This document shows positions 48,543 through 57,498 of a DNA stretch of 64,000 nucleotides, piece by piece. Numbering within the stretch: the stretch's first letter is position 1; every line of letters begins with the position of its first letter. The position numbers were made by a program, and so were the translations under genes. Under the pieces are notes generated by a model that made no database searches, had not been told where the DNA came from, and worked only from the letters and a program-made list of their open reading frames with translations. This DNA comes from Deltaproteobacteria bacterium (GTDB lineage: Bacteria; Desulfobacterota; GWC2-55-46). The stretch is from contig JACRCC010000046.1 in NCBI GenBank assembly GCA_016234405.1, positions 2,079 through 66,078 on the forward strand, given 5' to 3'.

Positions 48543-49046
48543 TCAAACCGCCGCTGCCATTACGGATTGATCCTCTATATTACCCCTCGCTAAATTCAGC
48601 GTTACCCTAAGAATGTCAAGGCTCGTCCTAAGCGGGCATAACCCTCTGTGCGGCGCCTCCGCGCCCTTATTGGAACGCGGGCCGCCGTGTTTTTCTTTTA
48701 CGCTTATCTTCTTGCCGGCCTCATAGTCGGCCGCGTTTTCGACGACGGCAAAAACCGGCAGACCTCCGTTTAAAGGAAACGAAGTAAACACCCTGCCGAT
48801 GAAACTTGTCCCCGCGTCTCCATTATGATGACAGTGTCTCTCCCTACAGCCGCCCGAATCAAGGCCGGCGTCGAGCGCCAAAGAGGGCATAACCCTCCCC
48901 TTTTTTCTCACGGCCGGGCAAAGATACACTGATGCGGTATATATGACGCTGAGGCACAGACGAAGAGGGGATTTCCCTCCCTTTATACGCCCTTGAAGAG
49001 GGGACAACCCTGCTAAGGGGGCAATCCCCACGAACAGATGACTCAT
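48543..49046 (-). CDS. Hypothetical Cys/His-containing protein (weak call)
   Basis: Only ORF in the region; CRERHCHH motif; high-GC DNA makes spurious ORFs likely. Confidence 0.25.
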   Translation of the reverse strand: MSHLFVGIAPLAGLSPLQGRIKGGKSPLRLCLSVIYTASVYLCPAVRKKGRVMPSLALDAGLDSGGCRERHCHHNGDAGTSFIGRVFTSFPLNGGLPVFAVVENAADYEAGKKISVKEKHGGPRSNKGAEAPHRGLCPLRTSLDILRVTLNLARGNIEDQSVMAAAV

Positions 49047-49345
49047 CGGCTTTGCTTCCTCCGTATCCCTGCCCCCGAATTTTTTTATCAGGGGATAGAT
49101 GTCAGCCGTATCTTGCCTTTATTATATAGAGTCTGCTCTTAAAAGGGTCTGCGTCTTTTGTATCCGGCGGACAACTTCATCCGGCACAACGTATCACGCG
49201 CAAAAGCGCGTAACGCTGCTAAACCGGACATACCAGTCCGGCATTTTTTTGCCTGCGGCAGAAAACAATTTGCGTTCTTTGAGACACCTGCTTTTTACGG
49301 ATTTTCGGATTATAGACGAATTCAAAAACCTTGTCTACAAAAAAA

Positions 49346-49359
49346 TTGACTTATGTCAT
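49346..49359. promoter_or_regulatory. FNR/CRP-family-like palindrome TTGAC-N4-GTCAT (site 1) in the nar divergent region
   Basis: aaaaaTTGACttatGTCATaatttttt; shares the extended consensus with site 2. Confidence 0.4.
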
Positions 49360-49394
49360 AATTTTTTTTGGGGGGGATTTTTCGCGCCGTTTAT

Positions 49395-49450
49395 CGTTCC
49401 CACGCTCCAGCGTGGGAACGCAGCCCCGGACGCTCCGGCGTCCCGTAATA
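49395..49450. repeat. Repeat family R6 hairpin (TTCCCACGCTCCAGCGTGGGAA) plus flanking GC-rich palindrome
   Basis: Second copy at 51781-51808. Confidence 0.7.
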
Positions 49451-49504
49451 ACTATTGCGCCGCGGGGAGTTTCCTCCCGACGGCACATTACGACACATTG
49501 AACT

Positions 49505-49596
49505 TGTCATTCTGAGTACATTCGCGGAGTTTACACTGAAGCGTTGCGAATGGGCTTCACCTATCCTACCGCACCCCTACGCGCTCTGAATGACAA
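49505..49596. repeat. Repeat family R5 copy
   Basis: gtcattctgagtacattcgcggagtttacactgaagcgttgcgaatg...ctctgaatgacaa. Confidence 0.7.
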
Positions 49597-49653
49597 ATGG
49601 GCTGTGCCAACCATTTATAGTTTTGACTTTTGAGTTTTGAGTTATCCCCTCAC

Positions 49654-49673
49654 TTTATGACTTTTGTCATAAA
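49654..49673. promoter_or_regulatory. Perfect 8-4-8 palindrome TTTATGAC-TTTT-GTCATAAA (FNR/Dnr/HcpR-type TGAC-N4-GTCA core), centred about 20 bp upstream of the narK2 -35 box
   Basis: Seen directly in sequence; adjacent promoter TTGACA-17-TAATTT at 49681-49709. Confidence 0.5.
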
Positions 49674-49680
49674 TTTTCCC

Positions 49681-49709
49681 TTGACAGTCCGGCCTTAAAT
49701 TGATAATTT
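49681..49709 (+). promoter_or_regulatory. Sigma70-like promoter TTGACA-17-TAATTT upstream of narK2
   Basis: Hexamers and spacing seen directly. Confidence 0.45.
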
Positions 49710-49954
49710 TATGCCTATCGGACAAATATCATACATACCAATATAAGAAGGAAGGACGGCAACGGGTCTTGGGCCGCGTCAACAGCCGCATTTAAGGCCA
49801 TATTAATCTTCTTTTAATCGGCAGACGGCCGGCAAGAGAAACCCGAATCCGTAAAAGAACCTTCGCGTCTATCCGCCTTCCCGATGTTGGCTGATGATAT
49901 TTATGCCAACGGCGTCAAAAACGCCGAACTAAACTACTGTAAAAGGAGATAGAG

Positions 49955-51187
49955 ATGGCAAGTTTTAAGGCGTTTCTTAAATCAGGACACCCGCCCACCC
50001 TATTTGCAGCGTTCCTGTACTTTGATTTCTGTTTTGCAATCTGGGTGCTCGACGGGGCGCTCGGGCCGTTTCTCAGCAAAGAATTCGGTCTGACGCCCAT
50101 GGAGCGCGGCTTCTTGGTTTCGGTTCCCATCCTTGCAGGGGCATTGATGCGCGTCCCACTTGGCATCGCGGCCCAGTATATAGGCAGGAAGTGGGCGGCC
50201 TGCATCGAGATGGGTACGATCATTGTCTCGCTGTGCTACGGCGCATTTTTCGTCAACTCCTACAATGAACTGCTTATCATGGGGGTCATGCTCGGCTTAG
50301 CAGGCGCAAGTTTCGGCGTGGCCCTGTCCTTAGGCGGCGGCTGGTTTCCGCCTGAAAACAAAGGGTTGGCCATCGGCATCGCGGGCGCGGGCAACAGCGG
50401 CGCGATAATAGCAATGCTCGCTGGGCCGCCGATAGCCATAGCCTACGGCTGGCGAATGGCCTATTTTGCCGGCGCAGGACTGATGATACCCGCCTTGCTC
50501 GTAATGCTATTCGCCGCAAAGGAGCCGCCTGACCGCACCAAGGAAAAGTTCACCCACCACCTGAAGATATTTACCGAGAAGGACTCATGGGTGTTTAGCA
50601 TCTCCTACATCCTGACCTTCGGGGGCTACATCGGGATGACCAACTTTCTGCCCACCTTCCTCCACTTTGAATACGATATCCCGCTTGCCACCATGGGAAA
50701 GTATGCGGCGCTCATCGCCATCATGGCCAGCATATCGCGGATAGCCGGAGGCTGGTTGGCTGATAGGTTCGGAGGCATCCGGAATATGTTGGTGGTATGC
50801 GTAGCAACCGCGGTATCTTCATTCTATATCGCTACACTGCCGCCCTTCTACCTGGTGATACCGGCGCTCATTGTCCTCTTTTTGGCGCTCGGGGCCGGCA
50901 ACGGTTCCACCTTCCAGCTTGTGCCTCTGCGCTGGGTCGGATCAACGGCCATCGTCATGAGCCTCGTGGGCGAGATAGGCGCCCTTGGCGGAGGATTCAT
51001 ACCGAACATAATGGGCTACTCAAAACAGCGCCTCGGCAGCTACCAGTACGGGTTCATAGTATGGGCGGTCTTAGCTATAGCGATATTCATCATGTACATG
51101 GTGGTCAAGCGCAAGTGGGAAACCTCATGGGTTGGTAAGGGAGGAATGGCCCGCCACCGTGAGGAGCATAGTTACGAGTCTAAGTAA
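49955..51187 (+). CDS. narK: Second MFS nitrate/nitrite transporter (NarK/NasA family, 410 aa)
   Basis: 12 TM segments; NarK signature G-rich motifs (GLAGASFGVALSLGGGWFPPENKGLAIGIAGAGNSG). Confidence 0.85.
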   Translation: MASFKAFLKSGHPPTLFAAFLYFDFCFAIWVLDGALGPFLSKEFGLTPMERGFLVSVPILAGALMRVPLGIAAQYIGRKWAACIEMGTIIVSLCYGAFFVNSYNELLIMGVMLGLAGASFGVALSLGGGWFPPENKGLAIGIAGAGNSGAIIAMLAGPPIAIAYGWRMAYFAGAGLMIPALLVMLFAAKEPPDRTKEKFTHHLKIFTEKDSWVFSISYILTFGGYIGMTNFLPTFLHFEYDIPLATMGKYAALIAIMASISRIAGGWLADRFGGIRNMLVVCVATAVSSFYIATLPPFYLVIPALIVLFLALGAGNGSTFQLVPLRWVGSTAIVMSLVGEIGALGGGFIPNIMGYSKQRLGSYQYGFIVWAVLAIAIFIMYMVVKRKWETSWVGKGGMARHREEHSYESK

Positions 51188-51229
51188 GACGGATGTTTTC
51201 ATACAAATCCAATATATAGCGAGGTCATA

Positions 51230-51673
51230 ATGGAAATAAAAACTATCTTGTGCCCCGTAGACGGGACGGAACTTGCAGACAAGGTCCTTGAAGCCGCCGC
51301 ATATCTCGGCAAGGCATTAGACGCGCGGGTGGTGCTTTTGAACATCGTCGAGAAGTGGTATAGATCCGCGCCCTTTACGACCGACTCGGCGGAGTGGGAG
51401 ACCATACACGAAGGGTGGCTCAAAGAGGGAAGGGCAATCCTTGAGACAAATGCGGGTAAATTGAAAGCCATGGGCGTGAAGCATATCGAGACCACCCTTG
51501 GAGACGGCGAAGCGGCTTATGAGATAGTGGCGATCGCCACCCAGAAAAATGCAGACCTCATAGTCATGGCCACCCACCGCTACTCCCCGATGGGCAAGCT
51601 CTTTATCGGCAGCGTTACAAGCAAGGTCTCCAAGCACACCCCGTGCCCTATCATGTGGGTCTTTGCGGGCTGA
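51230..51673 (+). CDS. uspA: Universal stress protein (UspA family)
   Basis: ATP-binding Usp motif GSVTSKV, 147 aa. Confidence 0.8.
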   Translation: MEIKTILCPVDGTELADKVLEAAAYLGKALDARVVLLNIVEKWYRSAPFTTDSAEWETIHEGWLKEGRAILETNAGKLKAMGVKHIETTLGDGEAAYEIVAIATQKNADLIVMATHRYSPMGKLFIGSVTSKVSKHTPCPIMWVFAG

Positions 51674-51706
51674 AAACGTTATCTTCAAAATATCTTCAAA
51701 ATAAAA

Positions 51707-51738
51707 ACAGGCGGGCATAAAATGCCCGCCTGTTTTTA
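51707..51738 (+). terminator. Rho-independent terminator after usp
   Basis: acaggcgggcataaaatgcccgcctgttttta. Confidence 0.85.
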
Positions 51739-51780
51739 TGTAGGATGGGTGAAGCGCAGCGCACCCATCAAATCATTATC

Positions 51781-51858
51781 ATTCCCACGCTCCGGCGTGG
51801 GAATGCAGCGTTGGATCTGCTGCCCGCGTCGCCGCGAGGCGCGCGCTTGACCCAACAT
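51781..51858. repeat. R6 hairpin followed by R7 palindrome (GTTGG(A/G)TCTGCTGCCCGCGTCGCCGCGAGGCGCGCGCTTGACCCAAC)
   Basis: R7 is repeated almost exactly at 55028-55073. Confidence 0.75.
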
Positions 51859-51877
51859 ACTTCCTCATGCTGCGCAC

Positions 51878-53749
51878 TCAGACCTGTTGGCCTGAGCTAC
51901 GGTCTGAGCTGAACTCAAACTCCTTTGTCTTACTCTCGAACTCGGCGCTCTGGGCCGACAACTCCTCGAACATCATATCTATCTTCTCTTTTATCTCGCG
52001 GTAGTTCATGGAAAGTTCGGCTATCGCGGCAACGTCTCCCTTTTCCGACGCCGCGGCCAGCGCCTCCTCGGTCTTTTTGCACTCGGCTTCGAGCCTCACT
52101 ATGCCGTCCTCGATGGAGTTTATTCGCGCCTTTATAGCGGCCGGCGCGCCGGTCTTATCAGCCCCGGCTTGCGCGCGCTCCCTGCGAAGTTCTTTAGGAT
52201 TCATGCCCTTGCCGTTTTTTTTGCCTCTCCCCAACTTGCCTCCCGCGTTGGTCTCGGCCTCATCCTGCCAGCCGGTCTTTTCAAGAAACTCCGCGTACGT
52301 CCCCTCAAAGACCTCAACCCTGCCCGCGTCGAATACTATCAGGCGGTTTGCGACGGCATTGAGTATCATCTCGCTGTGTGTGACCATTACGACGGCGCCG
52401 GAAAAATCCGTTACGGCGTCAACGAGGGAATCTATGGAGTGCATGTCGAGATGGTTCGTAGGCTCGTCAAGCAAGAGGAGATTTGCCGGGCTTACCAAGA
52501 GTTTGCCGAGGAGCACCCTGCTCTTTTCGCCGCCGGAGAGGACGTCAATCCTTTTCAGGGCATTGTCCTTTACAAACATCATAAGACCGGCAATGCGCCT
52601 TGCCATGGCGCGCGTGCAGTCGTGGTGGGTGTCAATAAGCTCCTCTTCCACGGTCTTTGAGGGGTTTAGCCTTGTGACGTTAGTCTGTCCGAAGTAGGCG
52701 CGTTTAAGGGCCTGATGCGCGGTGACTGAACCTTTAACGGGCTTTAACTCCGCCGCAAGGAGGTTCAAGAGAGTCGTCTTGCCCTTGCCGTTCTTGCCGA
52801 TGACCGCTATCCGGTCTTTTTTGCCGATCGAGAAGGACAGACCGTTTATAAGAAGTTCGTCCTCCGAATACCCGAAGGAGAGGTCTTTTACCTCTATCAG
52901 GTTTTTTCCTTCAAACGGCGCGGACTTAAAGGCGAAATCGAGGTCTTTTATCGTGTCGAGCTTTTCGAGCCGCTCGGTCTTTTCCAGCATCTTTATGCGC
53001 GATTGAACGGCCACGGCCTTACTTGCCGTGGCGCGGAAGCGGTTTATGAACTCCTCGGTCTCGGCCCTTCTTTTACCGAGGTTGACGCGGGTCTTTTCGT
53101 GTATCTCCTCCTCCAGCGCGGTCTGGCCGTAGAGCTTGGCGGTAGAGCCCTCGACCTTGCGGAATTTGTGCCTGTGGACCGAGAGCGTGTGCGTGGAAAC
53201 GCTGTCCATGAACTCCCGGTCGTGGGTTATGAGCATGATCTCTCCACGCCACTTCCTCAAAAACCTCTGAAGCCAGCGTATGGATACGATGTCCAAGTAG
53301 TTGGTAGGCTCGTCGAGCAAAAGGAGATTCGGCTCCGCGACCAACGCCTTGGCGAGATTCAGCCTCACCTGATAGCCGCCGGACAGTTCGGATGGACTCA
53401 TATAAAATTGGTCTTCGCTTATGCCAAGACCCGCAAGTATTATCTTGACCTTATACGTCCGGTCTATCCCGTCTTCGCAGTGCGGCAGCGCGAGACAGGC
53501 CTCATCAATGACGAAGTTCTCGGTAAAGCTGAGGTGCTGCGACAGGTGGCCAATCTTGTAATGCCGCGGCATGGTAATGAGTCCATCGTCATACTCCATC
53601 TCGTCGAGGATTATCCTGAAAAGAGTGGTCTTGCCGTGCCCGTTCCTGCCGACAAGCCCGACTCTCTCGCCCGCGCCGAGCGTAAAACTCGCGTCGTCGA
53701 ATATCGTCTGGGCGCTGAATGACTTCGTAAGTCCCGTTACCTTAATCAT
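51878..53749 (-). CDS. uup: ABC-F family ATPase (Uup-like, two ABC domains plus C-terminal coiled-coil)
   Basis: Two Walker A/signature/Walker B sets (GRNGHGKTT, LSGGYQ; GKNGKGKTT, LSGGEK), no TMD; the last 11 codons are encoded by an R1 repeat. Confidence 0.85.
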   Translation of the reverse strand: MIKVTGLTKSFSAQTIFDDASFTLGAGERVGLVGRNGHGKTTLFRIILDEMEYDDGLITMPRHYKIGHLSQHLSFTENFVIDEACLALPHCEDGIDRTYKVKIILAGLGISEDQFYMSPSELSGGYQVRLNLAKALVAEPNLLLLDEPTNYLDIVSIRWLQRFLRKWRGEIMLITHDREFMDSVSTHTLSVHRHKFRKVEGSTAKLYGQTALEEEIHEKTRVNLGKRRAETEEFINRFRATASKAVAVQSRIKMLEKTERLEKLDTIKDLDFAFKSAPFEGKNLIEVKDLSFGYSEDELLINGLSFSIGKKDRIAVIGKNGKGKTTLLNLLAAELKPVKGSVTAHQALKRAYFGQTNVTRLNPSKTVEEELIDTHHDCTRAMARRIAGLMMFVKDNALKRIDVLSGGEKSRVLLGKLLVSPANLLLLDEPTNHLDMHSIDSLVDAVTDFSGAVVMVTHSEMILNAVANRLIVFDAGRVEVFEGTYAEFLEKTGWQDEAETNAGGKLGRGKKNGKGMNPKELRRERAQAGADKTGAPAAIKARINSIEDGIVRLEAECKKTEEALAAASEKGDVAAIAELSMNYREIKEKIDMMFEELSAQSAEFESKTKEFEFSSDRSSGQQV

Positions 53750-53845
53750 GACCCGCAACCGTCCTTATTGAACAAGAGTTAATCTTTTAGATTACCACAA
53801 ATTACCTTAGTTTTAAAGGGTTTTTATTTCAGAGGGACAAATTGG

Positions 53846-53926
53846 TTGTAGCTCAGACCGTAGCTCAGACCTTTAGGTCTGAATATCTTCAGGCCTGATT
53901 GTATCAGGGCTAAAGCCCTGAGCTAC
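53846..53926. repeat. Repeat family R1 copy whose terminal GAGCTAC supplies the ispG stop codon
   Basis: gtagctcagaccgtagctcagacctttaggtctga...cagggctaaagccctgagctac. Confidence 0.8.
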
Positions 53927-54987
53927 CGCCTGCGCCCCGCGATGAACCTCTCTACCTCTTCAATTAGCGCGGTCACTATCTCGTCTTCCCTGACCTTCCT
54001 GACGACCTTGCCCTTGACGTAGAGAAGCCCGACCCCGTCTCCACCGGCTATGCCAACGTCAGCGGCAAGCGCCTCGCCGGGGCCGTTGACCACGCACCCC
54101 ATTATGGCGACGGTAATGGATTCCTTTACGTTGGCGAGCCTTTTTTCCACCTCGTTGGCAATCGCAATGCAATCCAACTTTATGCGCCCGCACGTGGGAC
54201 ACGATATTATGTTCACCCCGCGTCTTCTGAGTTCAAGCGATTTCAAGATTTCCCAGCCCACCCTCACCTCGTCAACCGGGTCTCCGGTAATCGAAACCCG
54301 CAAGGTGTCGCCTATGCCTTCATACAAAAGGACGCCGAGTCCAATTGAGGATTTTATCGAGCCGGAAAAAAGCGTGCCCGCCTCGGTAACGCCTATGTGA
54401 AAGGGGTAATCCGTCTTTTTTGCAAGGAGTCTGTAAGCCTCTATCGTCAAAGGCACGCTCGATGCCTTGAGCGAGACCTTGATTGCAAAAAAACCCGCGT
54501 CTTCGAGTATGGCGATGTGCCGCATGGCGCTCTCCACGAGCGCGGGGGCCGTAGGATGCCCGTATCTTTCGAGTATGTCCTTTTCGAGCGAACCCGCGTT
54601 GACCCCTATCCTTATGGGGACATTCCTTGCAGACGCCTCTTTGACGACCTCTTTTATCCGGGCAACCGAGCCGATGTTGCCGGGGTTGAGCCTCAAGCCG
54701 TCCACGCCCGCTTCGAGAGCCTTTAAGGCAAGCCTCCAATCGAAATGGATGTCCGCGATGAGCGCAACGGTTGTCGAGTTTTTTATTTCCTTTAAAGCGG
54801 CTGCCGCCCGCTCGTCAGGCACGGCGACGCGAACTATCTCGCAGCCCGCGGCAATAAGCGCGTTTATCTGCAGGGCGGTGGCGCGCGCGTCCTCAGTGGG
54901 GGTATTCGTCATGGACTGAACGCTCACGGGCGCGTCCCCGCCCACCCTCACGCCGCCGACCGATATCTCACGGGTCTTTCTGCGCAT
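53923..54987 (-). CDS. ispG: HMBPP synthase IspG (GcpE)
   Basis: TIM-barrel plus 4Fe-4S domain (CPTCGR...C...GCVVNGPGE). Confidence 0.95.
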   Translation of the reverse strand: MRRKTREISVGGVRVGGDAPVSVQSMTNTPTEDARATALQINALIAAGCEIVRVAVPDERAAAALKEIKNSTTVALIADIHFDWRLALKALEAGVDGLRLNPGNIGSVARIKEVVKEASARNVPIRIGVNAGSLEKDILERYGHPTAPALVESAMRHIAILEDAGFFAIKVSLKASSVPLTIEAYRLLAKKTDYPFHIGVTEAGTLFSGSIKSSIGLGVLLYEGIGDTLRVSITGDPVDEVRVGWEILKSLELRRRGVNIISCPTCGRIKLDCIAIANEVEKRLANVKESITVAIMGCVVNGPGEALAADVGIAGGDGVGLLYVKGKVVRKVREDEIVTALIEEVERFIAGRRR

Positions 54988-55027
54988 ATGCGGGATATAA
55001 TACTATAAACCGTGAAGGTTTGGAAGC

Positions 55028-55073
55028 GTTGGGTCTGCTGCCCGCGTCGCCGCGAGGCGCGCGCTTGACCCAA
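55028..55073. repeat. Repeat family R7 copy
   Basis: gttgggtctgctgcccgcgtcgccgcgaggcgcgcgcttgacccaac. Confidence 0.75.
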
Positions 55074-55133
55074 CCTGCAAAACTTTGGAAGCCCGACCTT
55101 GACCAACGGCGAAAAAAATTATATCTTAGCCGG

Positions 55134-56534
55134 ATGCTGATTGAAGACATGCGAAACTTAACCCCGGTTGACGCCTTCATGGCTCTACGCGGCCTTGGGA
55201 TGCCGTTTATTTTTTCCGGCCGCAAAGACGGTCCAAGACGCCATTCTTACGTGAGCGCGGAGCCTCTCTTGACAATAAAGACCGAGGGCAAAAAAACCGT
55301 CGCCGAATACGCATCCGGCAACAGAAAACTCCAATTCAAAGACCCTTTCGAGGCGTTGAACCGGTTACTGCCGGATTGGGTCTACGAAAAAAACACGACC
55401 TTTCCGTTCAACTCCGGGGCCGCCGGGTACTTCGCTTACAGCCTCAAAGACTTGATAGAGCCGCGGCGCCGAAAAGACGCGTCCGCCGAAAAAGGCGTGA
55501 AACTCATCCTCGATATTCCCGATTGCGTGTGCGGCATATACGACCCCATCTTCGTCTACGACCACCTAATGGATACCGGTTATCTCGTGGGCACGGGCAG
55601 GGAAAAGGAACGCTTCAAACGGTTTTTGGAGATATTGAACGGGGCACCCTGCGTCCGAACCTTTGCCAACGGGTTCATTGCAACCTCGCCAAACACGATA
55701 AGCGCCAACGTCACAAAAGAAGAATACGCGGCCTCGATAAAAAAGGCACAAGACTACATCGCCGCCGGAGACATATATCAGATAAACATCTCGCAGAGGC
55801 TCAAGATTCCATATACGCCGGGAAGCGACCTCTTCGCCCTGTATCTGAAACTCCTCGATGCTTACCCTACCCCGTATGGGGCGTTTTTAGATTTCGGCAA
55901 ATTCCAGATAATATGCAACTCCCCTGAGCGTCTCCTGAAGGTCAAAGACGGCGTTGCCGAAACAGGCCCAATCAAGGGCACGAGAAAAAGAGGGGCGACG
56001 CTCGAAGAAGACGCTGCGCTTATCGCGGAACTCAAGGCGAGCGTAAAGGAGCGGGCAGAGCATGTGATGATAGTGGACCTCGAGCGCAATGATTTAGGCA
56101 GGGTCTGCGAGACGGGCAGCGTGGAGGTCTCGTCGTTTGAGGCAATCGCCACGTATCCTCACCTCCACCACATGGTCTCCATTGTGCGCGGCAAACTCGG
56201 CAAGGGCGTAACCTCGATAGACGCCCTGAAATCCCTATTCCCCGGCGGCTCGGTTACGGGCGCGCCAAAGATTCGGGCAATGGAGATAATATCGGAGCTT
56301 GAACGGGCCGAGCGCGGGGTCTACACCGGGGGCGTCGGCTGGCTGGATTTCGACGGCAATATGGACGTCTCGATGGCCATAAGGACGGCCGTGTGCAAGG
56401 ACGGGTTTTTATACCTGAACGTCGGGGGCGGGATAGTGGCCGATTCAAACCCTGAGGACGAATACGCGGAAACCCTCCTCAAGGCGCGGGATTTTCTCGA
56501 TACGATGGGCATAGGCGTCTATGAAGGCAAGTAG
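55134..56534 (+). CDS. pabB: Chorismate-utilising enzyme, aminodeoxychorismate synthase component I (PabB) type
   Basis: Chorismate-binding domain (GAPKIRAMEIISELE, PGGSVTGAPK); PabB call supported by the adjacent class-IV aminotransferase; start set at MLIEDM. Confidence 0.65.
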   Translation: MLIEDMRNLTPVDAFMALRGLGMPFIFSGRKDGPRRHSYVSAEPLLTIKTEGKKTVAEYASGNRKLQFKDPFEALNRLLPDWVYEKNTTFPFNSGAAGYFAYSLKDLIEPRRRKDASAEKGVKLILDIPDCVCGIYDPIFVYDHLMDTGYLVGTGREKERFKRFLEILNGAPCVRTFANGFIATSPNTISANVTKEEYAASIKKAQDYIAAGDIYQINISQRLKIPYTPGSDLFALYLKLLDAYPTPYGAFLDFGKFQIICNSPERLLKVKDGVAETGPIKGTRKRGATLEEDAALIAELKASVKERAEHVMIVDLERNDLGRVCETGSVEVSSFEAIATYPHLHHMVSIVRGKLGKGVTSIDALKSLFPGGSVTGAPKIRAMEIISELERAERGVYTGGVGWLDFDGNMDVSMAIRTAVCKDGFLYLNVGGGIVADSNPEDEYAETLLKARDFLDTMGIGVYEGK

Positions 56535-57441
56535 ATATATCTATTTGAACGGCGCAGTAACGCCCGTCTCCCGCGCCCGCGTGTCCGTGGAAGACAGGGG
56601 CTTTCTTTACGGAGACGGCGTATTCGAAACGCTCAAATATTCAAACGGCCGAGCGGCGTTCAAGGATGAACATTTGGCGCGGCTCCTAAAAAACCTCTCA
56701 CTCATCGGAATACCCGCGAAAGGCGTAAAGGTTCTGATTAAAGACATCAAAGGCGGGGTAATCTTGAGGCTCTTAGAAAAAAGCGGCTTGAAGGCGGGAA
56801 ACGCTTATGTCCGCATAACGGTAACGCGGGGGTGCGATGGCGCAGGACTTCTCCCCTCTCCCGGCGGCGTCTCTCGGACCTGCGTTATCGTCGTCAAGGC
56901 GATTGACGAAAATTTAATTGATAGGATTCAAAAAAACGGGGTCAATGCCGTTACAATCTCCGGTTTTGCGCGGGCGCTGCCCTCCATAAAATCGCTTAAC
57001 TTCCTCCCTAACGTTCTCGCTAAGATGGAGGCGCAAAGACGCGGCGCGTATGAGGGCATATTCACCGGAAAAGACGGCAATATAACCGAGGGGACTTCCA
57101 CGAACCTTTTCATAGTGAAAAATAACAGCCTCCTCACGCCTCCAGCCTTCTGCGCCATCGGCAAAGACGGGGCATTGCCGGGCGTGATGCGCCAAGCCGT
57201 TATAAAAAAGGCAAAGACCCTCGGCATACCTTTCAAGGAAAAATGTATCGGGAAAAAAGACCTGCTGTCCTGCGATGAGGCGTTTCTTACGAATTCCATG
57301 ATCGAGGCCGCGCCGCTCGTTTGCGTTGACGGGCGCGCAATCAACGGCAAGAGAATCGGCAGTATAACGCGCATGATACTGAGGAGCCTACGACCCCCAA
57401 CGCGCCCAGCACCGCTTTCCACCGCCAAAGATGCAGATTAA
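56521..57441 (+). CDS. pabC: Class IV (fold-type IV PLP) aminotransferase-like, aminodeoxychorismate lyase PabC candidate; C-terminal 14 aa are encoded by an R3 repeat
   Basis: EGTSTNLFIV motif; overlaps the pabB end; the tail PPTRPAPLSTAKDAD lies within the repeat. Confidence 0.6.
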   Translation: MKASRYIYLNGAVTPVSRARVSVEDRGFLYGDGVFETLKYSNGRAAFKDEHLARLLKNLSLIGIPAKGVKVLIKDIKGGVILRLLEKSGLKAGNAYVRITVTRGCDGAGLLPSPGGVSRTCVIVVKAIDENLIDRIQKNGVNAVTISGFARALPSIKSLNFLPNVLAKMEAQRRGAYEGIFTGKDGNITEGTSTNLFIVKNNSLLTPPAFCAIGKDGALPGVMRQAVIKKAKTLGIPFKEKCIGKKDLLSCDEAFLTNSMIEAAPLVCVDGRAINGKRIGSITRMILRSLRPPTRPAPLSTAKDAD

Positions 57442-57480
57442 AAACAAACGGTTGTGCCGGAAAGTGGCGCTGGGTAGCGC
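57401..57480. repeat. Repeat family R3 copy overlapping the pabC 3' end
   Basis: cgcgcccagcaccgctttcc ... ggaaagtggcgctgggtagcgc. Confidence 0.75.
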
Positions 57481-57498
57481 ATTGCTTTTTCATGGTCT

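Noticed and set aside
48543-49046. Confident annotation of the 167-aa ORF upstream of the cytochrome c gene
   Set aside because: No recognisable family motif beyond a CRERHCHH cluster. The region is repeat-rich and GC-rich, so it is kept only as a low-confidence hypothetical.
49099-49515. 138-aa ORF in the nar divergent region
   Set aside because: It runs through R6 and R5 repeat elements, a poly-T/poly-G tract and the putative regulator-binding palindrome. It has no ribosome-binding site and is probably non-coding.
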